The position numbers were made by a program, and so were the translations under genes. From contig OZ244048.1 of assembly GCA_965215265.1 (NCBI GenBank), forward strand, positions 3,136,001 through 3,200,000: a stretch of DNA of 64,000 nt. Reading direction: 5' to 3'. The notes under the pieces were generated by a model, which was given only the letters and a program-made list of their open reading frames with translations, did no database searches and was not told the DNA's origin. This document shows positions 39,011 to 48,481 of the stretch, piece after piece; positions within the stretch are counted from its first letter, which is position 1, and every line of letters begins with the position of its first letter. Source of the DNA: Candidatus Poribacteria bacterium (GTDB lineage: Bacteria; Poribacteria; WGA-4E; WGA-3G).

Positions 39011-39039
39011 AAACCACGGTTTTTCACAAACCGTGGTTT
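39011..39039. other. Perfect 12-bp inverted repeat in a divergent intergenic region
   Basis: aaaccacggttt-ttcac-aaaccgtggttt. Confidence 0.55.
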
Positions 39040-39234
39040 CTCTTTGCTTTATATCTACAATTCTGATATACTATTTTTGTCAGCAGTAGTGATAAGGTAG
39101 GGGTATCAAGGTAGAATGTCCGTGTGGGATTCAGCGAGCATGAAAGTCTTTGTACCGAGCTCGGAAGCGACGGTATCCGTTCGCTCTTCACTCACGAACT
39201 GAGAGGCTTTTTAACTATTTTGGAGGAAAATTGC

Positions 39235-40206
39235 ATGAGTACATCCGAAAGAAAGTGGGATGGAACGTTGGTTCGCTATCCGGACCCGGCGATTGAAGTG
39301 ATTGATTCTCGCTTTGCGAAATACAAAATTGGCAATTCGGTTGTAGAAAGGTTGTGGACCGGTGCGCGCTGGTCGGAGGGCCCTGTTTGGTTCGGCGATG
39401 GCGGCTATCTACTCTGGAGCGATATTCCCAACAATCGCATCCTGAAATGGGAGGAGGCCACCGGTGCTGTGAGTGTCTATCGCCAGCCGTCAAATTATAG
39501 CAATGGACATACTCGCGACCGGCAAGGGAGACTCATCAGTTGTGAGCACGGTGCGCGGCGTGTCACACGCACAGAGTATGACGGCACTATTACCGTCCTG
39601 ATAGATAGTTTTGAGGAGAAACCGCTCAATGCTCCAAACGATGTAGCCGTTCACCCCGATGGACATATCTGGTTTACCGATCCGGGCTATGGGATTATGC
39701 TCAATTACGAAGGACACATAGCCGAATTTGAACTGCCGACTTGTGTTTATCGACTCAATCCGGAGACTGGCGAAGCAACTGTTGTCACGGATGAACTTGA
39801 GAAGCCTAATGGTATCTGCTTTTCCCCCGATTATAAAAAACTCTATCTCGTTGATACGGGTGTCACGCATAAAGAAGGAACCCCTCGGCACCTGTTTGTC
39901 TACGATGTGGTAGATAACGCCCAGTTGGACAACAAACAGGTGTTCTGTGATATGGCCCCCGGCATCGCGGATGGCATCCGCTGCGATATAGATGGTAATC
40001 TCTGGGCCAGTGCCGGATGGGTCGGAGAAGGGTACGATGGCGTGCATGTCTTCGCGCCAGATGGGGAGCTCATCGGGAAGATTCACTTACCTGAAATCTG
40101 TGCTAACCTCTGCTTCGGCGGAGTCAAACGGAATCGGTTATTCATGACTGGAAGCCAATCTCTCTACTCCGTTTATGTAGAGGCGCAAGGTGTGCGTTTG
40201 TTCTAA
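39235..40206 (+). CDS. SMP-30/gluconolactonase/LRE family protein
   Basis: WSEGPVW, WSDIPNNRI, LNAPND, PNGICFSPD, DGIRCD and ANLCFGG; GGAGG RBS. Confidence 0.92.
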   Translation: MSTSERKWDGTLVRYPDPAIEVIDSRFAKYKIGNSVVERLWTGARWSEGPVWFGDGGYLLWSDIPNNRILKWEEATGAVSVYRQPSNYSNGHTRDRQGRLISCEHGARRVTRTEYDGTITVLIDSFEEKPLNAPNDVAVHPDGHIWFTDPGYGIMLNYEGHIAEFELPTCVYRLNPETGEATVVTDELEKPNGICFSPDYKKLYLVDTGVTHKEGTPRHLFVYDVVDNAQLDNKQVFCDMAPGIADGIRCDIDGNLWASAGWVGEGYDGVHVFAPDGELIGKIHLPEICANLCFGGVKRNRLFMTGSQSLYSVYVEAQGVRLF

Positions 40207-40594
40207 CCGGCTGAGAAACTTTCAAAAGCGAATTTATTAACAAATTAAAACCGATGCTAACAGACAACCTTGAGTATATAAACTGCCCGACCTGTGAACG
40301 CGATGATGAAAAAAAACTGTTTACTAAAGACGCACTTTCAGTGGTTGCGTGTAATCGGCGGAGTCAAACGGAATCGGTTATTCATGACTGGAAGCCAATC
40401 TCTCTACTCCGTTTATGTAGAGGCGCAAGGTGTGCGTTTGTTCTAACCGGCTGAGAAACTTTCAAAAGCGAATTTATTAACAAATTAAAACCGATGCTAA
40501 CAGACAACCTTGAGTATATAAACTGCCCGACCTGTGAACGCGATGATGAAAAAAAACTGTTTACTAAAGACGCACTTTCAGTGGTTGCGTGTAA
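40115..40594. repeat. Exact 240-bp tandem duplication (40115-40354 / 40355-40594)
   Basis: The sequence lines repeat exactly with a period of 240. Confidence 0.95.
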
Positions 40595-41312
40595 TAGGTG
40601 TGGGTTGCGGTATGTGAATCCTCGCATTCGTGAAAAAAAGCTAGAAGAGAGTTACGTTGAAGGCTACTATCCGCCTGAGAAAATTGAACGTATCCGGACT
40701 GACAGCATGGAGTGGCTGCAGATGGCGGAACGCCTGACCGAATTGGAGAAATATGTTCCTAAGAAGGGATACCTGCTGGATGTCGGGTGCGGCATTGGGA
40801 CGTTTCTGCATCTGGCAGAGGAGCGAGATTGGAAGACATCCGGCATTGAGCCCTCAAAGAGTGGTGTCGCTTTTGCGAAGCAAGCCTATGAATTGGATGT
40901 GCTGTGTGGGGATCTCTTCACTGCTGATTTCCCTGCAGCGCATTTTGACGCGGTGACTGCCTACCACGTGCTGGAGCATATCTCTGACTTAAATCCGTTC
41001 CTTGAGGAAATCCGGCGGCTTTTGAAACCGGAAACCGGAAAATTGGTGATTGAAGTACCGAACGGCGGGAGCCTGCAGAGCCGTCTTCAAAAGGCGGATT
41101 GGCCCTATGTCCATCCCCAAGATCATCTCTACTATTTTTCTGCCAGCACGTTGCCGAAGTTGCTTCGGAAACACGGTTTCCGGCATATCACTTTGGGCAG
41201 CCCGAGGCGTGTCGGTCCGAAAGCGGGGGTACGTTTCGGACTTCGCCGCGCGACAACCCGGGTGCTGGTCCGCTTGCACTTAGGGACTGTTATTCGTGTA
41301 TATGCGAGCTAG
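40494..41312 (+). CDS. Class I SAM-dependent methyltransferase with an N-terminal Zn-ribbon
   Basis: CPTC..CNRCGL; LLDVGCGIG; HVLEH; IEVPN; HLYYFS. Confidence 0.88.
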   Translation: MLTDNLEYINCPTCERDDEKKLFTKDALSVVACNRCGLRYVNPRIREKKLEESYVEGYYPPEKIERIRTDSMEWLQMAERLTELEKYVPKKGYLLDVGCGIGTFLHLAEERDWKTSGIEPSKSGVAFAKQAYELDVLCGDLFTADFPAAHFDAVTAYHVLEHISDLNPFLEEIRRLLKPETGKLVIEVPNGGSLQSRLQKADWPYVHPQDHLYYFSASTLPKLLRKHGFRHITLGSPRRVGPKAGVRFGLRRATTRVLVRLHLGTVIRVYAS

Positions 41313-41772
41313 GCGGCTGATATGAAAAGGTCTGTATGACATCATTTACCAGGAGCCTGTGTGCGATAGTTTCAAGCACTTCAGAGGTTAACTGTCCGGT
41401 GAGCCAATATTTATGTCCGGTGCGGACGGCCTTAACCCCTATAATGCCTAAATCTTTTATACCCTTGACGGTGCTATCGCCTACCGCGTCCGTGACACCA
41501 GGCTTGAATTGCACCTCAATTGTCCATTCATCTGTTTGCGAGACTTCGGAGGTGTAAGAATAGGTTTGTGTAATCGGATCTGCGAGGAGGTTGGTACTTA
41601 TTCGGTTAAGAGTTTGGGCATCGACATGGCCTTCAATCCAGTAGAGCGCAGCTGTACGCACAGAATTGATGCCACTGATACCGAGATCTTCGATATCCCC
41701 AAGGATGCCTTGCCCGACAGTATCAGGGACTTCAGGCTTATAGAAAATTTGAATTTTCCAATGAGTGGACAT
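41290..41772 (-). CDS. purS: Tandem PurS-like domain protein (FGAM synthase subunit)
   Basis: Two repeats: KPEVPDTVG..LLADPI and KPGVTDAVG..LLVNDVI. Confidence 0.7.
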   Translation of the reverse strand: MSTHWKIQIFYKPEVPDTVGQGILGDIEDLGISGINSVRTAALYWIEGHVDAQTLNRISTNLLADPITQTYSYTSEVSQTDEWTIEVQFKPGVTDAVGDSTVKGIKDLGIIGVKAVRTGHKYWLTGQLTSEVLETIAHRLLVNDVIQTFSYQPPSSHIHE

Positions 41773-41885
41773 AATGTTTCGACTGGTATGCAGCCAGCCG
41801 CCTTATCTTTACCTCAATTAGGAGCGATATGTGCCCCGGAACGGTTTGGACAACCCGGAAACCGGGGGCGCTTAGGAAATGAACA

Positions 41886-42710
41886 ATGGTTAAAAAACAG
41901 ATACGTGTTTTAGTATTCGGTGCACATCCGGACGATTGTGATATTAAAGCCGGGGGTGTAGCTGCTTTGTACGTCGAGCAAGGGCACCCTGTTAAATTTG
42001 TATCCGTCACCAACGGCGATGCCGGCCATCATGAAATGGGTGGCGGTCCGTTGGCACGGAGGCGGTACGCCGAGGCGAAAGCCGCTGCTGCAGTAATCGG
42101 AATTGAGTATGAATTGCTTGACAACCACGACGGCGAACTGATGCCGACCTTGGCGAACCGTTATCAGATTATCCGCACGATTCGCGAATTTCAGCCAGAT
42201 TTGATTATGACGCACCGGCCTAACGATTATCACCCAGACCACCGTTATACGTCAACGTTAGTCCAGGATGCAGCGTATATGGTGACTGTGCCTAACATCT
42301 GTGCGCTCACCCCGCATCTCCAAAAAAATCCCGTCATCGCCTATTTGAGCGATAATTTCATGAAACCTTATCCGTTTACGCCAGATGTTGCTATCGGTAT
42401 AGATGCCGTGGTTGACCAGAAAATTGAGATGCTTGATTGCCACACATCGCAATTCTATGAATGGCTCCCCTACAACAGTGGTACGTTAACTGAGGTTCCG
42501 TCTGACGATGCCTCGAGGCGCGCGTGGTTAACGGAACGTTTATTAGCTCGATTCCACGCGACGGCTGAAAAATACCGCACACTGTTGATTTCTCTCTACG
42601 GCGAAGAAATGGGGGCGAACATCCAATATGCTGAAGTCTTTGAGGGTTGTGAATACGGTGCACCTTTAACAGCAGAAAATATTCTGACCCTTTTCCCATT
42701 TTTCGGATAA
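41886..42710 (+). CDS. PIG-L/LmbE family deacetylase
   Basis: Motifs GAHPDD, TNGDAG and DYHPDH. Confidence 0.92.
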   Translation: MVKKQIRVLVFGAHPDDCDIKAGGVAALYVEQGHPVKFVSVTNGDAGHHEMGGGPLARRRYAEAKAAAAVIGIEYELLDNHDGELMPTLANRYQIIRTIREFQPDLIMTHRPNDYHPDHRYTSTLVQDAAYMVTVPNICALTPHLQKNPVIAYLSDNFMKPYPFTPDVAIGIDAVVDQKIEMLDCHTSQFYEWLPYNSGTLTEVPSDDASRRAWLTERLLARFHATAEKYRTLLISLYGEEMGANIQYAEVFEGCEYGAPLTAENILTLFPFFG

Positions 42711-42766
42711 CTGCTTGCATCCTGCATGAGGGTCCTGAAGCCAAAAAAGGAGTTTTATTTCAAAAT

Positions 42767-43024
42767 ATGCCAACCGAAGAAGCCAGTGCCCGAACCCTTA
42801 TGGTGATTGTGAGTGTGATTGGGCTTATTTTTGCTATTGTTATGGTTATTCTCTTTTTCAACGCTGCCCCGGCGCGCTCTAATATTGAGGTGCACCGCAC
42901 ATCAAACGAGGCTGCTGCGTGTCTAAAATGCCATTTAATAGGCGACGAAAACACACCAACAATGCCCCATCTTGATCTGGGCGGATGTAACCTCTGTCAC
43001 GGGCTATCAAAGGATTCGCGCTGA
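42767..43024 (+). CDS. Small membrane-anchored diheme cytochrome c
   Basis: One TM helix; CLKCH and CNLCH with an intervening PTMPH. Confidence 0.75.
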   Translation: MPTEEASARTLMVIVSVIGLIFAIVMVILFFNAAPARSNIEVHRTSNEAAACLKCHLIGDENTPTMPHLDLGGCNLCHGLSKDSR

Positions 43025-43059
43025 ATTCGCCCTCTTAAAAACGCTGCTGCATTTTTACC

Positions 43060-43971
43060 TTAGACGGATAAGGCCGAGGCGTTGCGCAGCTGCGCTTTTA
43101 TTGCAACCCACATGATGCCATCTTCCGCTTCGCTCTTAACTTCAAAAGACTGAAAACCGTTTGTTGCCAGAACCGATTTAACTTGTGCTTGTTCCGCATG
43201 CAAAATTCCGGAGAATATGACGATTCCTTCAGGATGCAGGTGTTCGGCACAGCTTGGGATAATTGGGAGAATCGCTTTCGTCAAAATGTTGCCAACGATG
43301 ACATGGTACCTGCCGCGTACACTTTTCAGGCCGTCTCCTTGAAACAGACGTACCCGTGCATTGACACCGTTGTTACGGAAATTTGTTTCTGCTACCGGAA
43401 TTGCTGTCGGATCTAGTTCAATAGCATCAACCTGTCTTGCGCCTAACTTCACCGCAGCTACGGTTAAGATACCGGAACCGGTACCTATATCGGCGATACA
43501 GTGATTCAAGCTTACCGTTTCTTCTAACAACTTCAAAGAGAGGCGTGTAGTTGGGTGGTACCCTGTGCCGAATGCCATCCCAGGGTCGAGACGAATTAAG
43601 ATGTCCGTTTGATTTGGAACGATGTCGGCCCAGGTTGGCGCGATGAGCATCCGGCTGCCGATTCGTTGAGGTGGAAAAGCAGTCTTCCAAGACTCTCCCC
43701 AGGCTTCAGATTCTACCCGTTCCAACGTGCATTCTGTTTGAGACGTGGGCGGGGTGCTAAATCCCCACGTCGGGAGTTGGGCAAGAAACTCTTGCAATTT
43801 CTGAAGTTTTGAACCGACCCGGTCATCCATCGGGTAGTAAGCGATGAGGCACGTCGTAGAAGCGGGGCCTTCTTTAATTTCAACGCCGAACGCATTCAAT
43901 CCAAACAGGTAGTTTGCAACCGCATCCGAAGCATCTTGGGAGATAGTTACCGTAATTTGCGCCCACTGCAT
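43060..43971 (-). CDS. prmA: Ribosomal protein L11 methyltransferase
   Basis: LDPGMAFGTGYHPTT and DIGTGSGIL; downstream of dnaJ. Confidence 0.95.
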   Translation of the reverse strand: MQWAQITVTISQDASDAVANYLFGLNAFGVEIKEGPASTTCLIAYYPMDDRVGSKLQKLQEFLAQLPTWGFSTPPTSQTECTLERVESEAWGESWKTAFPPQRIGSRMLIAPTWADIVPNQTDILIRLDPGMAFGTGYHPTTRLSLKLLEETVSLNHCIADIGTGSGILTVAAVKLGARQVDAIELDPTAIPVAETNFRNNGVNARVRLFQGDGLKSVRGRYHVIVGNILTKAILPIIPSCAEHLHPEGIVIFSGILHAEQAQVKSVLATNGFQSFEVKSEAEDGIMWVAIKAQLRNASALSV

Positions 43972-43995
43972 CTTTTTTTTTACATGTTATCATCA

Positions 43996-45087
43996 TTACC
44001 ACAGTTTGTGTTTGTTCCAAAAACTGCTGTGTTCCGTTTCACCGGTTTCCCCGAGCAATTCGGCGAATTCTTCTAACTTTTGGCGCTGCTTATCATTTAG
44101 ATGCTTTGGGATTTCGATTTCGACACTGACAACCAGGTCGCCTACACTCGAGCGTTTGTAGTGCGGTATACCTTTACCCGGGATACGCAGTTTCGCGCCA
44201 TACTGTGTTCCGGATGGAATCCGTAACTCTGCAGGTCCGTCAATCCCTTCAACGGTAATTTTTCCGCCGAGTGCTGCTTGAACAAACGAAATTCTCGCAG
44301 ACGTGAGTAAATCGTTCCGTTCGCGTTTAAAACGTTCATGTGGCAGCACATTGACAATCACGAAAAGGTCTCCGGGTGGTGCACCATTCCTACCGGCTTC
44401 GCCTTCCCCACGCAGCTGATACTTAGAACCGGTTTCAACGCCTTTATCAATATTGAGTTTGATATCGCGTTTCACACGGACGCGCCCTTGTGCATGACAT
44501 GTCTGACACGGCTCCGTAATAATTTCACCTTCACCCTGGCAGCGAGGACAAGTTCGGGACATTGTGAAAAAACCTTGTGAATGCGTGACCTGGCCCCTGC
44601 CGTAGCATTCTGAGCATTTTTCAACTCGCGCGCCTTTCTTCGCGCCGCTGCCTTCACACGTAGGACAATCTTCGATTCGCGGCACCTCGATTTTCACCTC
44701 TTTACCGTGGATAACATCCTGAAGTGTGATGTCAAGTTTGTATTGCAAGCTGCGTCCACGTTTGGGCGAATGCTGCCCACCCCCCACGAGATCGCCGAAG
44801 ATATTACTAAAAATATCGTCTAAGTTCACCCCGAACCCACTGAAGTCGCTAACGCTGTCCTCCACGCCTGCATGCCCGAACCGGTCGTAACGCCCCCGTT
44901 TTTCCGGGTCGCGCAGCACCTCATAAGCCTCAGTCGCCTCTTTGAATTTATCCTCAGCGGTTTTGTCACCTGGGTTCTTATCCGGGTGATATTGAATTGC
45001 AAGCTTGCGATAAGCTTTTTTTATTTCTTCTTCATCGGCTGTGTGCGTAACATTCAGAATTTCATAATAGTCGCGTTTTTGCGTCAT
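43996..45087 (-). CDS. dnaJ: Chaperone DnaJ
   Basis: J domain with HPD, a G/F-rich region and four CxxCxGxG-type repeats. Confidence 0.97.
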   Translation of the reverse strand: MTQKRDYYEILNVTHTADEEEIKKAYRKLAIQYHPDKNPGDKTAEDKFKEATEAYEVLRDPEKRGRYDRFGHAGVEDSVSDFSGFGVNLDDIFSNIFGDLVGGGQHSPKRGRSLQYKLDITLQDVIHGKEVKIEVPRIEDCPTCEGSGAKKGARVEKCSECYGRGQVTHSQGFFTMSRTCPRCQGEGEIITEPCQTCHAQGRVRVKRDIKLNIDKGVETGSKYQLRGEGEAGRNGAPPGDLFVIVNVLPHERFKRERNDLLTSARISFVQAALGGKITVEGIDGPAELRIPSGTQYGAKLRIPGKGIPHYKRSSVGDLVVSVEIEIPKHLNDKQRQKLEEFAELLGETGETEHSSFWNKHKLW

Positions 45088-45189
45088 TTATCCTACCTAC
45101 CTATTGCTCAATGTTAGGATTCATCTCATCGGAAGTAATATTGGAAAGCCAAAGCCCACGTTAAAAAAACAGGAGAAGTGTTCTCCGGG

Positions 45190-45927
45190 CTACTCACTAA
45201 CCTCAGCCGTATCAATTTCGCCTGCATCTTCATCCGGCTGCGCTTCTTTTTTCTCTGGGGCTCCCTGAGAGACGACAACTTGCGCAGCGCGTATAACCCG
45301 CTCATGCAACAGATAGCCGCCCCTATATTCTTCAACGACCTTGCCTGCAGGTATCTCATCTGATTCCACTGCCAATATTGCTTCATGCCGCGTCGGATCG
45401 AATATTTCATGAACTGCTGCAATGGGGGTAAGTCCATGTTTTTTCAGTACATCCAACAACTGTTTTTGAACAAGTTGCATGCCTTCACTCAGCTTCGCGA
45501 CTTCTTCTGTATCCATGTTCTCAGTGTTGCTCGGGTCGGCTTTTGCGACGGCTTTTAACCCTAAATCCAAGCTATCCAACACAGGAACTAACTCTTCAAT
45601 AAGATTTTCGTTGGCGTACTTGAGTTGACGTTGCGTATCCGTTTCTAATCGTTTCTTTGCATTTTCTGCTGCTGCTGCCGTACGCATCAAAAGGTCGCGT
45701 TCTGCTTGATATCGTTCCCGCTCCTCGCGTTCAACAGTCTCTAATTTTTCTTTAAATTCCGCTTTTAATGCTTCTAGTTCTGCCTCTACAGTTTCAAGCG
45801 TTCGCACTTCCCGTGGCTCCCCGGGTTGTTTAGATGCATCTGCATCCTCGGTTTCTGGAGAGGCAGCAGTTGCATCAGGTGTTGTTTGCTTTTCTATATT
45901 TATGGGTATCTTTTTACCTTCAGACAT
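45190..45927 (-). CDS. grpE: Nucleotide exchange factor GrpE
   Basis: LVPVLDSL, FDPTRHEA and GYLLHERVIRAAQVVV. Confidence 0.95.
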   Translation of the reverse strand: MSEGKKIPINIEKQTTPDATAASPETEDADASKQPGEPREVRTLETVEAELEALKAEFKEKLETVEREERERYQAERDLLMRTAAAAENAKKRLETDTQRQLKYANENLIEELVPVLDSLDLGLKAVAKADPSNTENMDTEEVAKLSEGMQLVQKQLLDVLKKHGLTPIAAVHEIFDPTRHEAILAVESDEIPAGKVVEEYRGGYLLHERVIRAAQVVVSQGAPEKKEAQPDEDAGEIDTAEVSE

Positions 45928-45988
45928 TGTTTCACCTCACTTGATTTTCGGCTTACCGATTAAGGGTTCTTTATTGCTGTAAGTGATT

Positions 45989-46735
45989 TTAGCCATGAAT
46001 AGCATCAGCGAACTGTTTCATCAATTCAAAGGATCTATTTCCTTCAAGCACATTGCCTGTGACGATGAAATCGGCCCCTGCGTTTACTTTTTCGGAAGCG
46101 ATTTCTGGTGTTTGAATGCCGCCTCCAACAATCACTGGAATGCTCACTTGCGTTTTTATAACAGAGATAATCTCATTGGGTACCGGATGTTTAGCCCCGC
46201 TCCCCGCTTCTAAGTAAACTAACTGCATGCCCAGGTACTGGGCGGCGAGTGCATGTGGCACCGCAATGTCAGGCTTATCGCGCGGAATCGGCATCGTCCC
46301 GCTCATAAATTCAACAGCCGTACGGTTACCGCCCTCAATGAGTATATAGCCAGTAGGGATAGGTTCCAAGGCGTAACGCTGGATCCACGGTGCTGCTTTG
46401 ACCTGTTCAGCGATAAGATAATTTGGGTTGCGCCCACTGATGAGACTCGTATACAGAATCGCGTCTGCGTGTGGCGTGAGGTGCATCGAATCCCCTGGGA
46501 AAAGAACAATAGGAACGGATGTTTCCGTTTTTAACGCTTGTGCAACCGCGTGCAAATCGCACGTTAAAAAGCTCCCACCGAGTAAAATTATATCTGCGCC
46601 TGCCTCTTCAATGTCGCGTGCAAGTTTCGCGCACTTTGCAACCTGACAACTTTCCGGATCGATGAGAACAACATAGCCGGCGCTATATTTATCAAGTGTC
46701 TTATGGAAGTGGCTAAGAACCCAATCTGATATCAA
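45989..46735 (-). CDS. Geranylgeranylglyceryl phosphate synthase (GGGPS, group II-like)
   Basis: LIDP, LGGS, LFPG, ADAILYTSLISGRNP, PTGYILIEGG, YLEAGSGA, VGGGI and GADFIVTGN. Confidence 0.92.
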   Translation of the reverse strand: MISDWVLSHFHKTLDKYSAGYVVLIDPESCQVAKCAKLARDIEEAGADIILLGGSFLTCDLHAVAQALKTETSVPIVLFPGDSMHLTPHADAILYTSLISGRNPNYLIAEQVKAAPWIQRYALEPIPTGYILIEGGNRTAVEFMSGTMPIPRDKPDIAVPHALAAQYLGMQLVYLEAGSGAKHPVPNEIISVIKTQVSIPVIVGGGIQTPEIASEKVNAGADFIVTGNVLEGNRSFELMKQFADAIHG

Positions 46736-47004
46736 ATCTAAACTGTCCTTAGAGGTATACGCTTAAAGGTATTTCCGCTGAAATGCCGAGCGATTTTCAG
46801 GCGAAACGTGTCTAATCCGAGCACCGGCAGAGGATGTTGTTTTAACCCCGACTCAAAAACTCTACTTAATTATTTTACTACATTTCTCGTAAATTGTCAA
46901 ATTCCAGCAGTATTTAGGCGTGCTCTTTTACGAACGGATTGCTTGCATCCACTGGGCCGCATCGCTTTCTGCCGCTTATCACGCTGCCATCGCATGCCGC
47001 TATT

Positions 47005-48201
47005 TTAAAGCCAGCCTGCTAAAATCAAGTGGCGCAGCTCAAGAAGCAATTGCGGTTGATGTCTTAATATTATTGTAAAAACTCGTCTCAATGTCATTTC
47101 TTGGGTTGGGATTTGAGAGAGGGTTTCTGCCCATCCATCTATATCATCGTCGCTAAATTTGTACATCCTGTCTCGGATACGACAGATCGCTTTAAAATTT
47201 TTACCAATCTCGCTATCCCACCGTTTGGGGTATGCGCTGAGCACGTTTGTGGAGACATCCCTGCTGCGGATAGCTTCTACGGCGACTTCTGCAGCGAATT
47301 TTCCGGAGTGCATCGCGTTCGGAATACCGCCTCCAGATATCGGATCGCTGTGATGTGCAGCATCTCCCACAAGCATGATGCCGTTTCCGATAATTTTTGG
47401 AAGTCCTTCTCCTACTGGTACTGCACCGCAAACCAACCCTAAAATTTTACCCTCCGGGAATTTGCGTTTCACAAACTCATTTAAGTAGTCTATTGCGAGT
47501 TTACCACTTCTGCCGCCCGAAAGTGCACCGTTGATGCCAATCCCGACGTTGGCGATGTTATCGCCTTTAGGAAACATCCATACATAGCCCCGCGGCGCGA
47601 CTTGGCGTCCAAAATAGAGGTCAAAATATGTCGGATCTATATCAATGTCTCCAAGAAGGTACTGAGCACAGATACCGACATCGTGCAGCGAGTGGGTGGT
47701 ATCAATGCCAGCCCACCGGCCGACCTGGGATTCAACCCCGTCTGCTGCGATAACGACCTTTGATTTGCAGGTATATTCTCGCCCTGAATATCTAAACACA
47801 ACCCCGTCAACGGTGTCATCATCCGATTTGGTAACCTGTGTCACACGTGCTTTCACTATCACCTCTGCTCCAGCAGTTGATGCCATTTCTGCTATAACCC
47901 GGTCGAAAACTTTTCGCTCAAGGACGTAGCCCGGTTTTGGCAAATGAATCGGGACTGCGGTTTCGTTCGGTGAAAACAGGCGGGCCCCTGGAATTTTGCA
48001 CGACACCCAGGCCGGATGCGGTTGAAGAAATTTGCACAGATCCTCTGTGCCTATGCCCTCCGCTCAGCGGATAGGGGTACCGATTTCTTGACGTTTCTCC
48101 AGCAGTAGCACCCGCAAGTCGTTTTCAGCAGCGACTTTCGCGGCAATGGAACCGCCCGGGCCGGCACCGACAACAATCACATCGTACTCAGAATGTCTCA
48201 T
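47005..48201 (-). CDS. Geranylgeranyl reductase (digeranylgeranylglycerophospholipid reductase-like) with an in-frame TGA at codon 46; probable selenoprotein
   Basis: GGAGG RBS + ATG 48201 gives [17 protein letters not shown]...[11 protein letters not shown][TGA]AEG, in frame with ORF 47005-48006 ([30 protein letters not shown]). Confidence 0.85.
48034..48050 (-). promoter_or_regulatory. Putative bacterial SECIS hairpin
   Basis: mRNA GCACAGA-GGA-UCUGUGC begins 13 nt after the UGA (48064-48066), with G at the start of the loop. Confidence 0.6.
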
Positions 48202-48262
48202 TCTACCTCCTATGGAAACCGCTTTTCCAAATTATTCTAAAAACTGCGTCTTTTGTCTCTAA

Positions 48263-48481
48263 TTAGAAAAGACCTCGCCCTGGGTACTCCGGATAGTAGA
48301 TCTTACCATTTCGTTCCATAGCCAGTACACCAACCGGACAGCCCTTCACGCACTTCATACAATCAATACACTTCGGCTGATCTATTTTTAAGTGTGTATC
48401 TACTAACTCAATGATATTTTCTGGGCATACAGCAACGCAGGCACCACAATAGACGCAGAGTTCCTCGTTAATATGAATCAT
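48263..48481 (-). CDS. 2[4Fe-4S] ferredoxin
   Basis: CVYCGACVAVCP and CIDCMKCVKGCP; AAGGAG RBS. Confidence 0.93.
   Translation of the reverse strand: MIHINEELCVYCGACVAVCPENIIELVDTHLKIDQPKCIDCMKCVKGCPVGVLAMERNGKIYYPEYPGRGLF

Noticed and set aside
40254-40454. 66-aa ORF as an independent gene
   Set aside because: It is a by-product of the 240-bp tandem duplication.
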